Origin: Clostridia bacterium
GTDB taxonomy: Bacteria; Bacillota; Clostridia; Oscillospirales; CAG-272
Length of the DNA: 55,623 bases
NCBI GenBank assembly: GCA_017452895.1
Contig: JAFTLE010000007.1
Span: 1-55,623 of the forward strand
Direction of reading: 5' to 3'
The notes under the pieces were generated by a model that was not told the origin of the DNA, did no database searches, and saw only the letters and a program-made list of their open reading frames with translations. Each line of letters starts with the position of its first letter. The stretch's first letter is position 1. This document shows, piece after piece, positions 1 through 9,291 of the stretch. The position numbers and the translations under genes are program-made.

Positions 1-1
1 C

Positions 2-2326
2 TATTTCAAAAACGAGGCGATTCCGTGGGCTTGGGAATTTCTGACCTCGAAGGAGTGGCTCGCGATCCCCGAGGAGCTGCTTTGGCCCTCGGTCTACGAG
101 GAGGACGACGAGGCGTACGAGCTTTGGAACAAGGTCATCGGCGTGCCCGCAGAGCGCATCACGCGCCTTGGGAAGGCGGACAACTTCTGGGAGCACGGCT
201 CGGGTCCCTGCGGTCCCTGCTCGGAGATCTACTTTGACCGCGGCGAAAAGTACGGCTGCGGCTCGCCGAACTGCCGCCCCGGCTGTGACTGCGACCGCTT
301 TATGGAGATCTGGAACAACGTTTTCTCGCAGTTCAACAACGACGGCAACGGCAACTATACCGAGCTTGCCAAGAAGAATATCGACACGGGTATGGGGCTT
401 GAGCGTCTTGCGTGCGTAATGCAGGGCGTTGACAATATGTTTGAGGTCGACTCGATCCGCAAGGTGCTGGATTCTGTCTGCGCCATCGCGGGCAAGTCTT
501 ACGGCAAGGATGCCGACAACGACGTCTCGATCCGCGTGATCACCGACCACGTCCGCAGCGCGACCTTTATGATCTCCGACGGTGTTATTCCGTCGAACGA
601 GGGACGCGGCTACGTTCTGCGCCGCATTCTGCGCCGCGCCTGCCGCCACGGCAAGCTGCTCGGCATTGAGCGCCGCTTCTTGCCCGAGCTTTGCGAGGTC
701 GCCATCGGCGAATCGGCAGACGCATATCCCGCGCTCCGTGAAAAGCGCGACTATATCTTGAAGGTCATTTCGCTTGAGGAGGAGCGCTTCAACGCAACGA
801 TCGACGCTGGTCTTTCGATCCTCTCCGAGCTGATCGAAAGGGCGAAGGGGAACGGCAAGACTCTGCTTGACGGTGCCGACGCCTTCAAGCTTTACGACAC
901 CTACGGCTTCCCCTACGACCTCACGCGTGAAATCGCGGAGGAGGCAGGGCTCTCGCTTGACGAGGCCGGCTTCCGCGCCCTGATGGAGGAGCAACGCGTC
1001 CGTGCGCGTGCCGCACGCGGTAACATCAGCGGCTGGTCGGATTCCGAAAAATCGCTTCTCAACGATCTTCCCAAGACCGACTTTGTCGGCTATACCGAAA
1101 ACGAGACCGAGGCGCGCGTGCTTGCGATCCTCTCCGACGACCGCACGGTCGACAGCGTCAACGAGGGTGAATGCACCGTAATCCTCGACCGCACCGTGTT
1201 TTACGGTGAGGGTGGCGGTCAGGTCGGCGATACGGGTATGCTTACCGCCGACGGCGTCGCACTCACGGTCAACGACACCAAAAAGAGCGACGGCGTTTAC
1301 ATCCACCTTTGCACCCTTGAGACGGGCGTGCTGAAGGCGGGCGACAGCGTCAGAGCAAGGATCGACATTGACCGCCGCACGGCGATCCGCCGCAACCACT
1401 CGGCGTGCCACCTTCTGCAGGCGGCTCTGCGCGCGGTGCTAGGCTCACACGTTGAGCAGGCGGGCTCGTATGTGGACGAGGCGCGTCTGCGCTTCGACTT
1501 CTCGCACTTCGCCGCCCTCACGGCGGAGGAGCTTTCGCGCGTGGAGGCACTCGTCAACGCACATATTCTCGCGGCTGAGGCGGGAAAAACCCTCGTGACC
1601 GATATGGAGACCGCAAAGGCACACGGTGCGATGGCTCTCTTCGGCGAAAAGTACGGTGCCGAGGTCCGTATGGTGAAGCTTGGAGACTTCTCGACCGAGC
1701 TTTGCGGCGGTACGCACGTATCCTCGACGGGTGAGATCGGTCTTTTCAAGATCCTCTCCGAGTCCTCGGTTGCCGCAGGCGTTCGCCGTATTGAGGCAAC
1801 CACCGCGTGCGGCGTGCTCTCCCTACTCGCCGAAAAGGATGCGCTGATCGCCGCGACCGCGCGTGAGCTGAAGGCGGCAAATCCCGCCGACCTCTCAAAA
1901 CGCGCGTCTGCCGTCGTTGATGAAAACCGCGAGCTGCGCCGTGCGCTCGATTCCGCAAACGCAAAGCTTGCAAACGCAAAGCTTGACTCTCTGCTTGCCT
2001 CCGCCGAAGCGGTCGGCGCGCTCCGCCTTCTGACGGCGAAGCTCGAGATGCGCCCCGACGAGGCACGCGGTATGTGCGACACCATCAAGGAAAAATATCC
2101 CGACATGGTTGCCGTCTTCGCCGTGACCTTCGACGGCAAGCTCAACTTCGTGGCTTGCTGCGGTGCGGCGGCTGTAAAAGCGGGTGCCCACGCAGGCAAC
2201 ATCCTCAAAAGCATCAGCGCGATTGCAGGCGGTAAGGGCGGCGGACGCCCCGACAGCGCAATGAGTGGCGGACGCGATCTTGATAAGATTGATGAGGCGC
2301 TTGCTGCCGTAAAGAATCTGCTTTAA
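2..2326 (+). CDS. alaS: Alanyl-tRNA synthetase, 5'-truncated by the window edge
   Basis: Frame is open from base 2 (YFKNEAIPWAWEFLT...). Motifs DNFW..GPCGPCSEI, IDTGMGLER, NHSACH editing site, ELCGGTHV and C-terminal GGKGGGR. Confidence 0.97.
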   Translation, partial: YFKNEAIPWAWEFLTSKEWLAIPEELLWPSVYEEDDEAYELWNKVIGVPAERITRLGKADNFWEHGSGPCGPCSEIYFDRGEKYGCGSPNCRPGCDCDRFMEIWNNVFSQFNNDGNGNYTELAKKNIDTGMGLERLACVMQGVDNMFEVDSIRKVLDSVCAIAGKSYGKDADNDVSIRVITDHVRSATFMISDGVIPSNEGRGYVLRRILRRACRHGKLLGIERRFLPELCEVAIGESADAYPALREKRDYILKVISLEEERFNATIDAGLSILSELIERAKGNGKTLLDGADAFKLYDTYGFPYDLTREIAEEAGLSLDEAGFRALMEEQRVRARAARGNISGWSDSEKSLLNDLPKTDFVGYTENETEARVLAILSDDRTVDSVNEGECTVILDRTVFYGEGGGQVGDTGMLTADGVALTVNDTKKSDGVYIHLCTLETGVLKAGDSVRARIDIDRRTAIRRNHSACHLLQAALRAVLGSHVEQAGSYVDEARLRFDFSHFAALTAEELSRVEALVNAHILAAEAGKTLVTDMETAKAHGAMALFGEKYGAEVRMVKLGDFSTELCGGTHVSSTGEIGLFKILSESSVAAGVRRIEATTACGVLSLLAEKDALIAATARELKAANPADLSKRASAVVDENRELRRALDSANAKLANAKLDSLLASAEAVGALRLLTAKLEMRPDEARGMCDTIKEKYPDMVAVFAVTFDGKLNFVACCGAAAVKAGAHAGNILKSISAIAGGKGGGRPDSAMSGGRDLDKIDEALAAVKNLL

Positions 2327-2335
2327 TATCAAACG

Positions 2336-2368
2336 AAAAGGCTTTCACTTTGACGTGAAAGCCTTTTT
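2336..2368. terminator. Bidirectional intrinsic terminator
   Basis: AAAAGGCTTTCAC-loop-GTGAAAGCCTTTT between convergent genes. Confidence 0.85.
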
Positions 2369-2388
2369 TATATCAACTTTTATTTACA

Positions 2389-2718
2389 TTAAAAGAGCGT
2401 GCCGATCAAAAGCAGCTGCTCCACCTCGTTGATCATCGTATACATATTATAGATCAGTAGCGGGATTGCAATCACGGTCGCGACGATGCCGAGGATCAGG
2501 CCGACGAGCGACGCGGTGGAAAAGCTGCCGTTTTGCTTGCGGTCAAGCACGGCAAACACGATCGCAAGGATCGAGGGCAAAAGACCCATACAGATCATCG
2601 AAAAAATACCGAGGATCAGCGACGCTGTCGCAAAATGATTGTTCCGCGGGCGCATTTGTCTCGGATCGATCGGCACATACCCGCCGAAGGGATTGTTTGG
2701 ATCATAATTTCCGTTCAT
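2389..2718 (-). CDS. Small membrane protein, DUF4190-like
   Basis: GGAGG RBS before ATG 2718. Pro/Asn-rich N-terminus then hydrophobic helices (ATASLILGI, GLILGIV). Confidence 0.7.
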   Translation of the reverse strand: MNGNYDPNNPFGGYVPIDPRQMRPRNNHFATASLILGIFSMICMGLLPSILAIVFAVLDRKQNGSFSTASLVGLILGIVATVIAIPLLIYNMYTMINEVEQLLLIGTLF

Positions 2719-2752
2719 GTTCACGCCTCCGTTCATTTCTCTTACGCATTCT

Positions 2753-2781
2753 ATTGTAACACTCTTTTTCGATTTTTGCAA
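2753..2781 (-). promoter_or_regulatory. Sigma-A promoter of the DUF4190-like gene
   Basis: TTGCAA-17 bp-TACAAT with extended -10 TG. Confidence 0.6.
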
Positions 2782-2865
2782 GCCCTTTTCAAAAAGCCGT
2801 TTTTTAAAGTATAGCGCCCAACCCTTCATTTTACTTAAAAATAAGGTTTCCCTTCAAAAACGCGG

Positions 2866-2894
2866 GTATATTTTCCCCCGCGCGTGCCATACTC
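2866..2894 (+). promoter_or_regulatory. Putative forespore sigma-G promoter of spoVA
   Basis: GTATA-N17-CATACTC resembles the sigma-G consensus; spoVA is sigma-G dependent in model spore-formers. Confidence 0.55.
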
Positions 2895-2913
2895 AACAAA
2901 AAGGGGGGCTCTT

Positions 2914-3357
2914 ATGGATCAAAAGCACTATGAAAGACGGGTGGCGGCGCGTGCGGCACGCTCGCCCGTTTTTAAAAACTGTATTGCCGCGTTTTTCTTC
3001 GGCGGCGGCATCTGCGCGCTCGGGCAGGGGCTGTCTTTTCTTTACCGCGCCCTCGGCGTACCACACAGAACGGCGGCCGCACTTGTGACGGCGTCGCTGA
3101 TCTTCCTTGCGGCGCTGCTTACGGGGCTCGGTGTCTTTGATAAACTCGCACGCATCGCGGGGGCGGGCACGCTCGTTCCTGTTACGGGCTTTGCTAACTC
3201 GGTCGTCTCCCCCGCGCTCGACACGAAAAATGAGGGGCTCGTGCTCGGCGTCGGGGCGAAGATCTTTACGGTCGCAGGCCCCGTGCTTCTTTTCGGCACG
3301 CTCGCGGGCTGTATTTACGGCGTAATCTATGCGGTTTTCTACGGGTTCTTTTTATGA
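2914..3357 (+). CDS. spoVAC: Stage V sporulation protein AC
   Basis: AFFFGGGIC, GAGTLVPVTGFANS and GAKIFTVAGPV motifs; RBS before ATG 2914. Confidence 0.92.
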   Translation: MDQKHYERRVAARAARSPVFKNCIAAFFFGGGICALGQGLSFLYRALGVPHRTAAALVTASLIFLAALLTGLGVFDKLARIAGAGTLVPVTGFANSVVSPALDTKNEGLVLGVGAKIFTVAGPVLLFGTLAGCIYGVIYAVFYGFFL

Positions 3358-4349
3358 ATCGGGTACTGCGGCTTCAGGTGCCAATACGGATTGCCGCGGC
3401 GGCAAGTGCCGTCGGGTATGAGGAATTTCGCGGTCCGCTTGGCGAAAAATTCGATTTTCACGACGATAGCGACCGCTTCGGCGAGTCGACCTTTGAGCGC
3501 GCGGAGGGTGAGATTGGGCATATCGCACTCAATCTCGCCTTAAAAAAGGCAGGGCTCTCGCACACCGAGATCGATCTGCTCTTTGCGGGCGATCTTCAGA
3601 ATCAATGCGTCGCCTCCTCGGGCGGACTTCTCTCCTTTGGGATTCCCTATATCGGTCTCTACGGTGCTTGCTCCACGCTGGGGGAAGGGCTTTTTTCCGC
3701 CGCGCTCGCCCTCTCGGGTGCGACAGCGCTTTCACGCGTTGCCGTCGTCACGACCTCGCACAACTCCGCGGCGGAACGACAGTTCCGTCTGCCGCTGGAG
3801 TACGGCGGTCAGCGTACCCCGACTGCACAGTGGACGGCGACCGCGGGGGGTGCGTTTCTGCTCGATCGCGAAAAGCAGGGGGTCCTGATCACGCACGTAA
3901 TGGCGGGGCGGATCCTTGACTACGGCATCCGCGACCCCGCCAATATGGGCGCGGCGATGGCACCCGCCGCCGCGGACAGTATTCTCACCTATCTTGAAAA
4001 AACACGCACGGCACCCGAGGATTATGACGCGATCGTCACGGGCGATCTTGGGCGTGAGGGGAGCGCGCTCCTTTCGGAGCTTCTCCTCAAGCATAGCGTC
4101 AGGCTCAACAATCACAGCGACTGCGGCTCGATGCTCTATTACGAAAAAAAACAGGACTCCCACGCGGGCGGCAGCGGATGCGGATGCAGTGCCGCCGTCC
4201 TTGCAGCGCATTTTCTGCCGCTGTTGCAGGGCGGTGCGCTCCGTCGGATGCTCCTGATCCCGACGGGTGCGCTGATGAGTCCGTCAAGCATCGCGCAGGG
4301 AGGCAGTATCGCGGGCATCGCTCCCGTCGTTTGTTTGGAGGTTTTGTAA
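3354..4349 (+). CDS. spoVAD: Stage V sporulation protein AD
   Basis: GDLQNQC, GLYGACS, AERQFRLPLEYGGQR, TGDLG and GGSGCGCS motifs. Confidence 0.95.
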   Translation: MNRVLRLQVPIRIAAAASAVGYEEFRGPLGEKFDFHDDSDRFGESTFERAEGEIGHIALNLALKKAGLSHTEIDLLFAGDLQNQCVASSGGLLSFGIPYIGLYGACSTLGEGLFSAALALSGATALSRVAVVTTSHNSAAERQFRLPLEYGGQRTPTAQWTATAGGAFLLDREKQGVLITHVMAGRILDYGIRDPANMGAAMAPAAADSILTYLEKTRTAPEDYDAIVTGDLGREGSALLSELLLKHSVRLNNHSDCGSMLYYEKKQDSHAGGSGCGCSAAVLAAHFLPLLQGGALRRMLLIPTGALMSPSSIAQGGSIAGIAPVVCLEVL

Positions 4350-4715
4350 ATGTTAGTTGACGTTTTGAACGCGTTTTGGGTCGGCGGTCTCTTTTGCGTG
4401 CTGGCACAGCTTCTGATTGACCTGACGAAGCTGACACCCGCGCGTGTGCTGGTCTTTTACGTCGTGCTTGGCGTTTTCCTTGGAGCTGTCGGCGTATACG
4501 AGCCACTTTACGACTTCGCGGGGTGCGGTGTCTCGGTGCCGCTTGTCGGCTTCGGCGGCGCGATCGCACGCGGCGTGCGGGAGGCGATTCATACCGACGG
4601 TGCCATCGGCATCCTCTCGGGCGGTCTTACTGCCGCCTCGGTCGGTACGACGGCGGCACTCGTTTTCGGATATCTTGCGGCGATCTTTTTCAAATCCAAG
4701 CCGAAGCGAATGTAG
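4350..4715 (+). CDS. spoVAE: Stage V sporulation protein AE (SpoVAEb type)
   Basis: AFWVGGLFC..QLLID..TPARVLV and AGCGVSVPLVGFG; position in the operon. Confidence 0.9.
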   Translation: MLVDVLNAFWVGGLFCVLAQLLIDLTKLTPARVLVFYVVLGVFLGAVGVYEPLYDFAGCGVSVPLVGFGGAIARGVREAIHTDGAIGILSGGLTAASVGTTAALVFGYLAAIFFKSKPKRM

Positions 4716-4717
4716 AG

Positions 4718-4750
4718 AAAAAAGGGGCTTTTCAAAAAGCCCCTTTTTTT
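4718..4750. terminator. Bidirectional intrinsic terminator
   Basis: AAAAAAGGGGCTTTT-CA-AAAAGCCCCTTTTTT between convergent operons. Confidence 0.85.
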
Positions 4751-6719
4751 ATTCTAACTCTTTTTTGCCCGTGTAAAGCTCGTAATAGCGTCCCTTCATC
4801 GCAAGCAGCGTATCGTGATCGCCGCGCTCAATGATCTCGCCCTTTTCCAGCACCATAATGGCATCGCTGTTGCGGACGGTAGAGAGTCTGTGCGCGATCA
4901 CGAAGGTCGTGCGGTCCTCCATCAACGCATCCATACCGCGCTCGATCAGCCGCTCGGTACGCGTATCGACCGAGCTTGTCGCCTCGTCAAGCACGAGTAT
5001 CGGCGCACGCGAGAGTGCCGCGCGTGCAATATTGAGCAGCTGTCGCTGTCCCTGCGAGAGGTTTGCGCCGTTGCCCTCGATCATCGTATCGTAGCCGTGC
5101 TCCAGCCGCATAATGAAGCTGTGTGCCGACGCGGTCCTTGCCGCGGCAACGATCTCCTCGTCGGTCGCGTCAAGCCGCCCGTAGCGGATATTTTCGCGCA
5201 CCGTACCCGTAAAGAGATTGGTCTCCTGCAGGACCATTGCGATATTGCGCCGCAGCTCCTTTAGCTGATAGTCCTTGATATCCACGCCGTCGATCGTAAT
5301 CCGTCCCGATCTTATATCGTAAAAGCGGTTGAGCAGATTCGTGATCGTCGTCTTCCCCGCGCCCGTACTGCCGACGAAGGCGATCTTCTGCCCGGGGTGC
5401 GCATAAAGCGAGATATTCTTCAGCACCGTCTGCCCCGGCAGGTAGCCGAAGCTGACGTTCTCCAGCACCACGTCGCCGCGGATGTTTTTCCCGTCCCTTG
5501 CGTCCGCTCGGTCGGCAGGCTCGGGCTCCTCATCCATCACGGCAAACACGCGCTCCGCACCCGCGAGGGCGGCGAACACCGTGCTCATATTCTGCGAGAT
5601 CATATTGATCGGCATAGAAAATTGGCGCGAGTAATTTGCGAAGACGGTCAGATCTCCGGGGCCCAACCCCGTCGTACACATCAGAATGCCGCCGATGCCG
5701 ATGGTCACGGCATAGCTGATCTGGCTCGTGTTCCCCATAATCGGACCCATAATACCGCCGAAAAACTGTGCCTTCAGCTGCTTGTCGCGCATATCGTTGT
5801 TGAGCAGCTCAAATTCCTCAACGCAGGTATCCTCGTGATTGAAGACCTTCACGACGCGCTGTCCCTTGACCGTCTCCTCGATATAGCCGTTCACCGCGCC
5901 GAGGGCGGCTTGCTGACTCTTATAGTGGCGGGCGGAGAATTTTGCGATCCGCGCGCCGCCGAGCATAAAGATCGGAATGAAAACCACCGTCACGAGCGTC
6001 AGCCAGATATTCGTCGTCACCATAAAGAAGAAGGTACCGAGCAGCGTAATCACGCCCGAGACCAGCGAGGTCAGCGTATTGTTCAGCATCATATCAATGT
6101 TGTCAACATCGTTTGTGAATCGGCTCATCACCTCACCGACGGGGTTTTTATCGTAATAGCGGACGGGTAGCATCGAGACCCTGTGGAACAGATCGTTACG
6201 GATCCGCTCGCTCGCCCCCTGCGAGACCGACAGCATAATCCTACTTTGCACGTAGGTGGTGACCACGCTGACGAGGTAAAAGCTGAACATAATGACGACC
6301 CCCGCAAAGACGTACGCCATCACCGTCGGGAATTTTCCGTAGGATGCGATTTTCTCAAAGATCGCCGTCTCGGCGACCCTTCCGATCACGCGGTCAGCGA
6401 CCCGTCCGATTGCGGAGAGCGAAATGTCGGCATCGGGCTTCAGCGCCAGCGTAATGCGGTTGATGATTGGAGAGAGCAGGTACGCACCGATAAGCGAGGA
6501 GACCGTGCTGAAAAGCATACAGAAAAGAACAGTGAACAGTCGGTATTTATAGACCGAAACGTAGGACCAGATCCGTCCGATCGTCTTTTTCATATCCTTC
6601 GGCTTTCCGTGCATCCGCATAGCGGGGCCGCCGCGGGGACCGCCCATCATCGGACGCTTCTGTCCCTTATCGCTTCTGCTGTAACGTGCCTGCAGATCGG
6701 CAAGACTTCTTTTTGCCAT
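4749..6719 (-). CDS. Heterodimeric ABC exporter, consensus half (TM288-like TMD+NBD)
   Basis: Walker A GSTGAGKT, LSQGQRQ, Walker B ILVLDE, H-loop IAHR, N-terminal TM helices. Confidence 0.92.
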   Translation of the reverse strand: MAKRSLADLQARYSRSDKGQKRPMMGGPRGGPAMRMHGKPKDMKKTIGRIWSYVSVYKYRLFTVLFCMLFSTVSSLIGAYLLSPIINRITLALKPDADISLSAIGRVADRVIGRVAETAIFEKIASYGKFPTVMAYVFAGVVIMFSFYLVSVVTTYVQSRIMLSVSQGASERIRNDLFHRVSMLPVRYYDKNPVGEVMSRFTNDVDNIDMMLNNTLTSLVSGVITLLGTFFFMVTTNIWLTLVTVVFIPIFMLGGARIAKFSARHYKSQQAALGAVNGYIEETVKGQRVVKVFNHEDTCVEEFELLNNDMRDKQLKAQFFGGIMGPIMGNTSQISYAVTIGIGGILMCTTGLGPGDLTVFANYSRQFSMPINMISQNMSTVFAALAGAERVFAVMDEEPEPADRADARDGKNIRGDVVLENVSFGYLPGQTVLKNISLYAHPGQKIAFVGSTGAGKTTITNLLNRFYDIRSGRITIDGVDIKDYQLKELRRNIAMVLQETNLFTGTVRENIRYGRLDATDEEIVAAARTASAHSFIMRLEHGYDTMIEGNGANLSQGQRQLLNIARAALSRAPILVLDEATSSVDTRTERLIERGMDALMEDRTTFVIAHRLSTVRNSDAIMVLEKGEIIERGDHDTLLAMKGRYYELYTGKKELE

Positions 6720-6721
6720 CC

Positions 6722-8470
6722 TTACGCCCCCCTTCTGTCGGTCTGCGACTCGTAAATCTCGCGGTATTCGGTATTGGTCGCGAGCAGCTCGTCGTGCGTG
6801 CCGATACCCGTCACACAGCCCTCGTTCATTACAATGATCTGATCGGCGTGCTGTACCGAGCCGATACGCTGAGCAATGATGATCTTCGTCGTGTCGCGCA
6901 GCTCCTCGCGGAAGGCGCGGCGGATCTCTGCCTCGGTCGCGGTGTCCACCGCGCTCGTTGAGTCATCAAGGATCAGAATTCTCGGCTTTTTGAGAAGCGC
7001 CCGCGCGATGCAAAGGCGTTGCTTCTGCCCGCCTGAGACGTTTGATCCGCCCTGACCGAGTGCCGTATCGTACCCGTCTGCAAAGGACTCGATAAAGCCG
7101 TGTGCCGCCGCAGAGCTTGCCGCCGCCTTGATCTGTTCATCGCTCGCGCTCTCGTCGCCCCAGCGCAGATTTTCGGCAATACTGCCCGAGAACAGTACAT
7201 TCTTCTGCAAGACCATACCGACCCCCTCGCGCAGATTATAGAGCGAGTAGTCGCGCACGTCCACGCCGTCTACTAAAACCGCCCCCTCGTCCACGTCGTA
7301 AAGGCGCGGGATCATAGAGACCAGCGTCGTTTTTCCGCACCCCGTTGAGCCGATGATGCCGACCGTGCTTCCCGCCTCGATTTTCAGGTCGATCGCGTTC
7401 AGCACCCTCCCCTCGCTCTTCTTATAATAACGGAAGGAGACGTTTTTAAATTTAATTTCTCCGCGGGTAACCCTCTTTTCCCTTTGCGTGGCGTTCTCAT
7501 CATGCAGATCGATCGATTCATCCAGCACCTCACGAATACGCCGCCCCGATGCCATCGCGCGGGAGGAATGCATTAAGAGCATGCTGATCATCATAAGAGA
7601 GGAGAGAATCTGCGTTACGTAGGTCAGAAAGGCCGACAGATCGCCGATCTCCATTCCGCCGATGAGCACGTTCCGTCCGCCGATGACAAGGACGGCGAGC
7701 GTCGTCAGATTCATCAGCACCGTCATCACGGGCTGAATGCAGATCATCACCTTCACGGCATTCATACCGTGCTCCTTCAGCTCTCTGTTTGCTTTCCCGA
7801 ACTTTTTCTTCTCCTGCTCCTCACGGACGAAGGATTTGACCACACGCACGTTCGTAATGCTCTCCTGCACCGTGGTGTTGAGGGTATCGATCTTCTTCTG
7901 CATCCTTGAAAAGCGGGAAAATCCGACGCGAATCATCCCGAAGACAAGCAAAAAGAGGATTGGCACCGTTACCGCAAAGACGAGCGACAAAGACGGCTTG
8001 ATCGAGATTGCCATAATCAGCGCACCAATCATCATACCGGGGGAGCGCAAAGCCATACGTAGGATCATATTCACAAAATTCTGCAGCTGTGTGACATCGT
8101 TGGTCAGACGCGTCAGAAGCGAGCCCGAGGTAAATTTATCAATATTGGAAAAGGAAAATTTCTGCACCTTTCGATAGACGTCAGCACGCAGATCCGCCGC
8201 GAAATTGACCGACGCCTTCGCGCCGAAATAAGCACCGCCGACACCGCCGAGCATCATCACGATCGCGATACCGATCATCCCGCACGCAATACCGATGCTC
8301 CGCCCAACCGTCAGGGTCGCCGCCGCCTGCTCGGTCGCCGTACCCGCCGTTACGACGAGTGAGAGCATCTTCGGCATCAGCACCTCGCCGATGACCTCGA
8401 CGATCATACAAAGCGGCCCTATTATAAAATAAGGAAGATAGGGCTTTACGTAGCGAAACCATCTTTTCAT
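6722..8470 (-). CDS. Heterodimeric ABC exporter, degenerate half (TM287-like)
   Basis: GSTGCGKT, VSGGQKQ, degenerate Walker B ILILDD and switch IAQR. Confidence 0.92.
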   Translation of the reverse strand: MKRWFRYVKPYLPYFIIGPLCMIVEVIGEVLMPKMLSLVVTAGTATEQAAATLTVGRSIGIACGMIGIAIVMMLGGVGGAYFGAKASVNFAADLRADVYRKVQKFSFSNIDKFTSGSLLTRLTNDVTQLQNFVNMILRMALRSPGMMIGALIMAISIKPSLSLVFAVTVPILFLLVFGMIRVGFSRFSRMQKKIDTLNTTVQESITNVRVVKSFVREEQEKKKFGKANRELKEHGMNAVKVMICIQPVMTVLMNLTTLAVLVIGGRNVLIGGMEIGDLSAFLTYVTQILSSLMMISMLLMHSSRAMASGRRIREVLDESIDLHDENATQREKRVTRGEIKFKNVSFRYYKKSEGRVLNAIDLKIEAGSTVGIIGSTGCGKTTLVSMIPRLYDVDEGAVLVDGVDVRDYSLYNLREGVGMVLQKNVLFSGSIAENLRWGDESASDEQIKAAASSAAAHGFIESFADGYDTALGQGGSNVSGGQKQRLCIARALLKKPRILILDDSTSAVDTATEAEIRRAFREELRDTTKIIIAQRIGSVQHADQIIVMNEGCVTGIGTHDELLATNTEYREIYESQTDRRGA

Positions 8471-8471
8471 A

Positions 8472-8993
8472 TTATTCCCCCTCCTTTATTTCAGATAGGA
8501 TCGAGTCGCGCACCGTACGCAAAAGCGTGCACAGCTCCTCTTTTTTTTCCTCAGTTATATCCCGCATCAGCGCCGCGTCAAGAGAGGAAAGCGATTCCCT
8601 AATCCCCCTTTGCAGCTCTCTGCCCGCATCGGTCAAGCGGATACAAACACCCCGCCGATCGGTTGGATTTTTACTCTTTTCAATCAATCCGCAATGCTCC
8701 ATCTCGGACAGCTCGACACTCAGCGACGCACCCGAAAGATGCGAATGCTCTATCAAATCTGTCAGGGATGCCGTCTCGTTATGCGACAGATAATGTAGGA
8801 TCATCCTGCGCGAATAGGTCATTCCCGCCCCGTGTGGCAGGGTCTGCTTCAATGCGATCGAGAATAGCTTTGAAATCTCATTGATCAACATCCCCGCCGT
8901 CGGACGGACTCCGTCCTTTTTTTCCGCGAGGGAATGCTCGTGTCCTCTTTTGATCTGTAAAAGGTCTCTTTCCGTTAATCTTTTTTCCTTCAT
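8472..8993 (-). CDS. MarR-family transcriptional regulator
   Basis: GLIEKSKNPTDRRGVCIRLTDAG winged-helix motif; leads the exporter operon. Confidence 0.88.
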   Translation of the reverse strand: MKEKRLTERDLLQIKRGHEHSLAEKKDGVRPTAGMLINEISKLFSIALKQTLPHGAGMTYSRRMILHYLSHNETASLTDLIEHSHLSGASLSVELSEMEHCGLIEKSKNPTDRRGVCIRLTDAGRELQRGIRESLSSLDAALMRDITEEKKEELCTLLRTVRDSILSEIKEGE

Positions 8994-9016
8994 TTTTTCT
9001 CCGCTTTTTAATCATT

Positions 9017-9062
9017 TATTTAGTTAACAAAATAATTATACTCGAATTTTGGGCTCTGTCAA
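9017..9062 (-). promoter_or_regulatory. Sigma-A promoter and palindromic operator of the marR-ABC operon
   Basis: TTGACA(9062-9057)-16 bp-TATAAT(9040-9035). Palindrome TATTT-A-GTTAAC-A-AAATA (9017-9034) lies over the start site. Confidence 0.65.
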
Positions 9063-9215
9063 GAGAAAAAAGAAAAATACTGTTTACATTTTCTCGTTAT
9101 TTTAACTTTTCCTTTACATTTTTGGTTTTGTAAATTTTTATTTACATTTATTTTTCTTTTTCCTGCGAAAAAATGAATTTTTTATAAATTTTTTGTGATA
9201 TTTTTTTTGAAAACC

Positions 9216-9282
9216 TGTTGAAAACTTGCTTTTCTTATGATATACTCTATAATGTATTAATATATTATATAAGTTATCCACA
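9216..9282 (+). promoter_or_regulatory. dnaA promoter region with DnaA box
   Basis: TATAAT at 9248-9253; perfect TTATCCACA at 9274-9282 next to the RBS; degenerate box TGTTGAAAA at 9216-9224. Confidence 0.75.
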
Positions 9283-9291
9283 GGGGGTTTT

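Noticed and set aside
1-143. Apparent short alaS starting at 143, or a frameshift
   Set aside because: The same frame is open from base 2; the gene is simply cut by the window edge.
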